Shown: positions 62,145-64,000 of the stretch, piece after piece
How positions within the stretch are numbered: position 1 is the stretch's first letter
Layout: every line of letters starts with the position of its first letter
Source of the DNA: Dipteris shenzhenensis
Lineage: Eukaryota
Assembly: GCA_047967505.1 (NCBI GenBank)
Contig: CM106538.1
Length of the DNA: 64,000 bases
Strand: one strand, 5' to 3'
Translations under genes and position numbers: made by a program
The notes under the pieces: generated by a model
What the model was told of the DNA's origin: nothing
What the model saw: only the letters and a program-made list of their open reading frames with translations
Databases searched by the model: none

Positions 62145-63665
62145 TTCCCTTCCCCTTAAGAATGGTTTACGTCCTTGAAAACAAAATTGGGAAACCTCCT
62201 CTGGAGATTGCTTACCTTTTCCCATGTTGAACTCTCTTCAGATCTATCTTTCCACTTAACCAGACATTCTTTCCATATAGTATGTCGCATTCTTTTTTCT
62301 TATGTATCTAAAATTTTTTCTGGTTCATGTGGTAAAGATGCCGGTTCAATAAGTTCAACTAGGATTTCATTTCCAATGAGATTATCATCATCTCCTAATT
62401 TTCTTTGTAGCCTACTAACATGAAAAACTGGATGTACTCTACATCCCTCAGGTAAGGCTAATTTGTAAGCAAGTTCTCCAATCCTCTTAAGTATTGTGAA
62501 TGGTCCACAATACCTAGGAGACAACTTCGGACATTTACCTGTTTTTAGAGATTCTGAAGATTCAGGTACCTTAAGGTAGACTTTCTCATTTACTTCAAAC
62601 TCCAACTTTCTACGATGGGGGTTTGCATAACTTTGTGCTCTATCTTGAGCTTTTCTTATGCTATCTTTAGCTAACTTAAGCATTTGATTCATATCCTCAA
62701 GAAAGTCTTTGGCTGCTTGAACCTTCTCTTTTTCAAGTCCCACTATCATTGGGGCTCTAGGTTGAAATCCATACATCATCATGAATGGACTGAAACCTGT
62801 AGCTGAATGTTTGGCACTGTTATATGCAAATTCTAATATGGGCAAATACTGTTCCCAATTAGTTTGCCGTTTACTTACATATGCTTGAAACATATCCTCA
62901 ATGATTTGATTGACCCTTTCAGTTTGACCATCACTCTGTGGATGATCTGCGGTGCTCATATTCAATGAAGTTTCCAACCTCTTAAATACAGCCCTCCAAA
63001 AATGGCTGTTAAATTTGCTATCCCAGTCACTAACAATACCAGTTGGTAGCCCATACAATCTATAGATATGCTCCACAAATAGCCTAGCTAATTTTGGAGT
63101 TTTAACATCTTCATTAACAGGAATAAAATGAGTCATCTTGGTCAACCAATCCACAATTACCCACACAGAGTTGTGCCCCCTCTGTGTTCTAGGTAGTCCC
63201 ACAATGAAATCCATGGAGATACTTTCCCATTTGCCAGAAGGAATCTCCAATGGGTGTAGGAGACCTCCTACCTTAAGGCGTTCAGCCTTATTAACTTGGC
63301 ATTTTTGGCACTTCAACACATAATCTTGGACGTCCTTACCTATTCCAGGCCAAAAGAATTGTCTTTTCAAAAGCACATATGTCTTTTGAATTCTCGAGTG
63401 TCCAGCACTCGGACTATCATGACATTCAAAAAGGATTTGGCGCCTAATATCATTATCATCCCGGACACATACTCTACCCTTATAGAGTAGGTAGCCATCT
63501 TCAATAGTATATTTTCTCCACTTGAGTCCTTTATCACCAACCTGTGGTGTGTCACCATTTCCATGTGACTCCTCAATGAAAGCCTCTCGATTAGTTGAAT
63601 CCCTGTTTTTAATTGCTTTCCATATTTCAGAGAAGTGAGGATCAAATTCACATTTCCCTTTTAAG
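62145..63665 (-). mobile_element. Ty3/Gypsy chromovirus 3' pol region: integrase (H2C2 zinc finger, core, GPF motif), chromodomain and PPT; 3' LTR begins at 62144 and runs leftward
   Basis: HDSPSAGH..CQKC, WESISMDFIVGLP, HPQSDGQTERVN, KLSPRYCGPF, HPVFHVSRL, then (after a stop) CLVKWKD..STWE; PPT aaggggaaggga followed by TGTTACG. Confidence 0.92.
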
Positions 63666-64000
63666 GACTCTTGTCTTTTTCATGGTCAAAAGCATTATGT
63701 TATATTCCATCACAGTTTTGAAGTACCCTCATTACATTTACACTATTTCACTTGACAAAACTACCAACAACATCATAAGCTTTGGGTGCCTCATGTGTTG
63801 GGAATGGCAAAATTTCAGTAATATTGAGACATTTCTCTACCAAAACTAAAAGACATCCAACATCAAGAATTCACCCGTGGGATGTGTTTGTTGGGTTTGT
63901 TGCATACACCATTACCAAGGCCACCAGTTCATGGTTAAAAATCAAATTAACCATATCTCCACATCATCTTTCTTCACCCATTATGTGCAAGAAGTGGGAA

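Overview
Eukaryotic, repeat-dense nuclear DNA from a large-genome land plant; the lineage cannot be fixed from this window. One clearly intact gene: an intronless 611-aa AITR/DIG-like (ABA-induced repressor family) ORF at 11827-13662 (+). It sits in a CpG-rich island with a four-element ABRE/CE3 promoter cluster and three uORFs, and the protein appears to carry two PAS-like repeats. An mTERF pseudogene is split into two facing halves by an apparent ~4.1-kb inversion (22070-26691). The rest is mostly transposon debris. It includes a full-length Ty1/Copia 'family A' element with TSD (55399-60858) and a second, rearranged A copy (29858-53962) that has an internal inversion and two nested 'family B' Copia insertions, each with a TSD. 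The second B insertion (37119-52037) has lost most of its gag-pol. In its place are a gag-only LTR element with triple PPTs, an extreme C-rich tract, and a ~182-bp satellite with a 3-monomer (~546-bp) higher-order repeat arranged as opposing arrays around a gag fragment. The window ends in a chromodomain-bearing Ty3/Gypsy pol (-). Most TE stop codons are CAG>TAG, a CHG-methylation signature. All calls come from reading the sequence by eye; no database searches were run.
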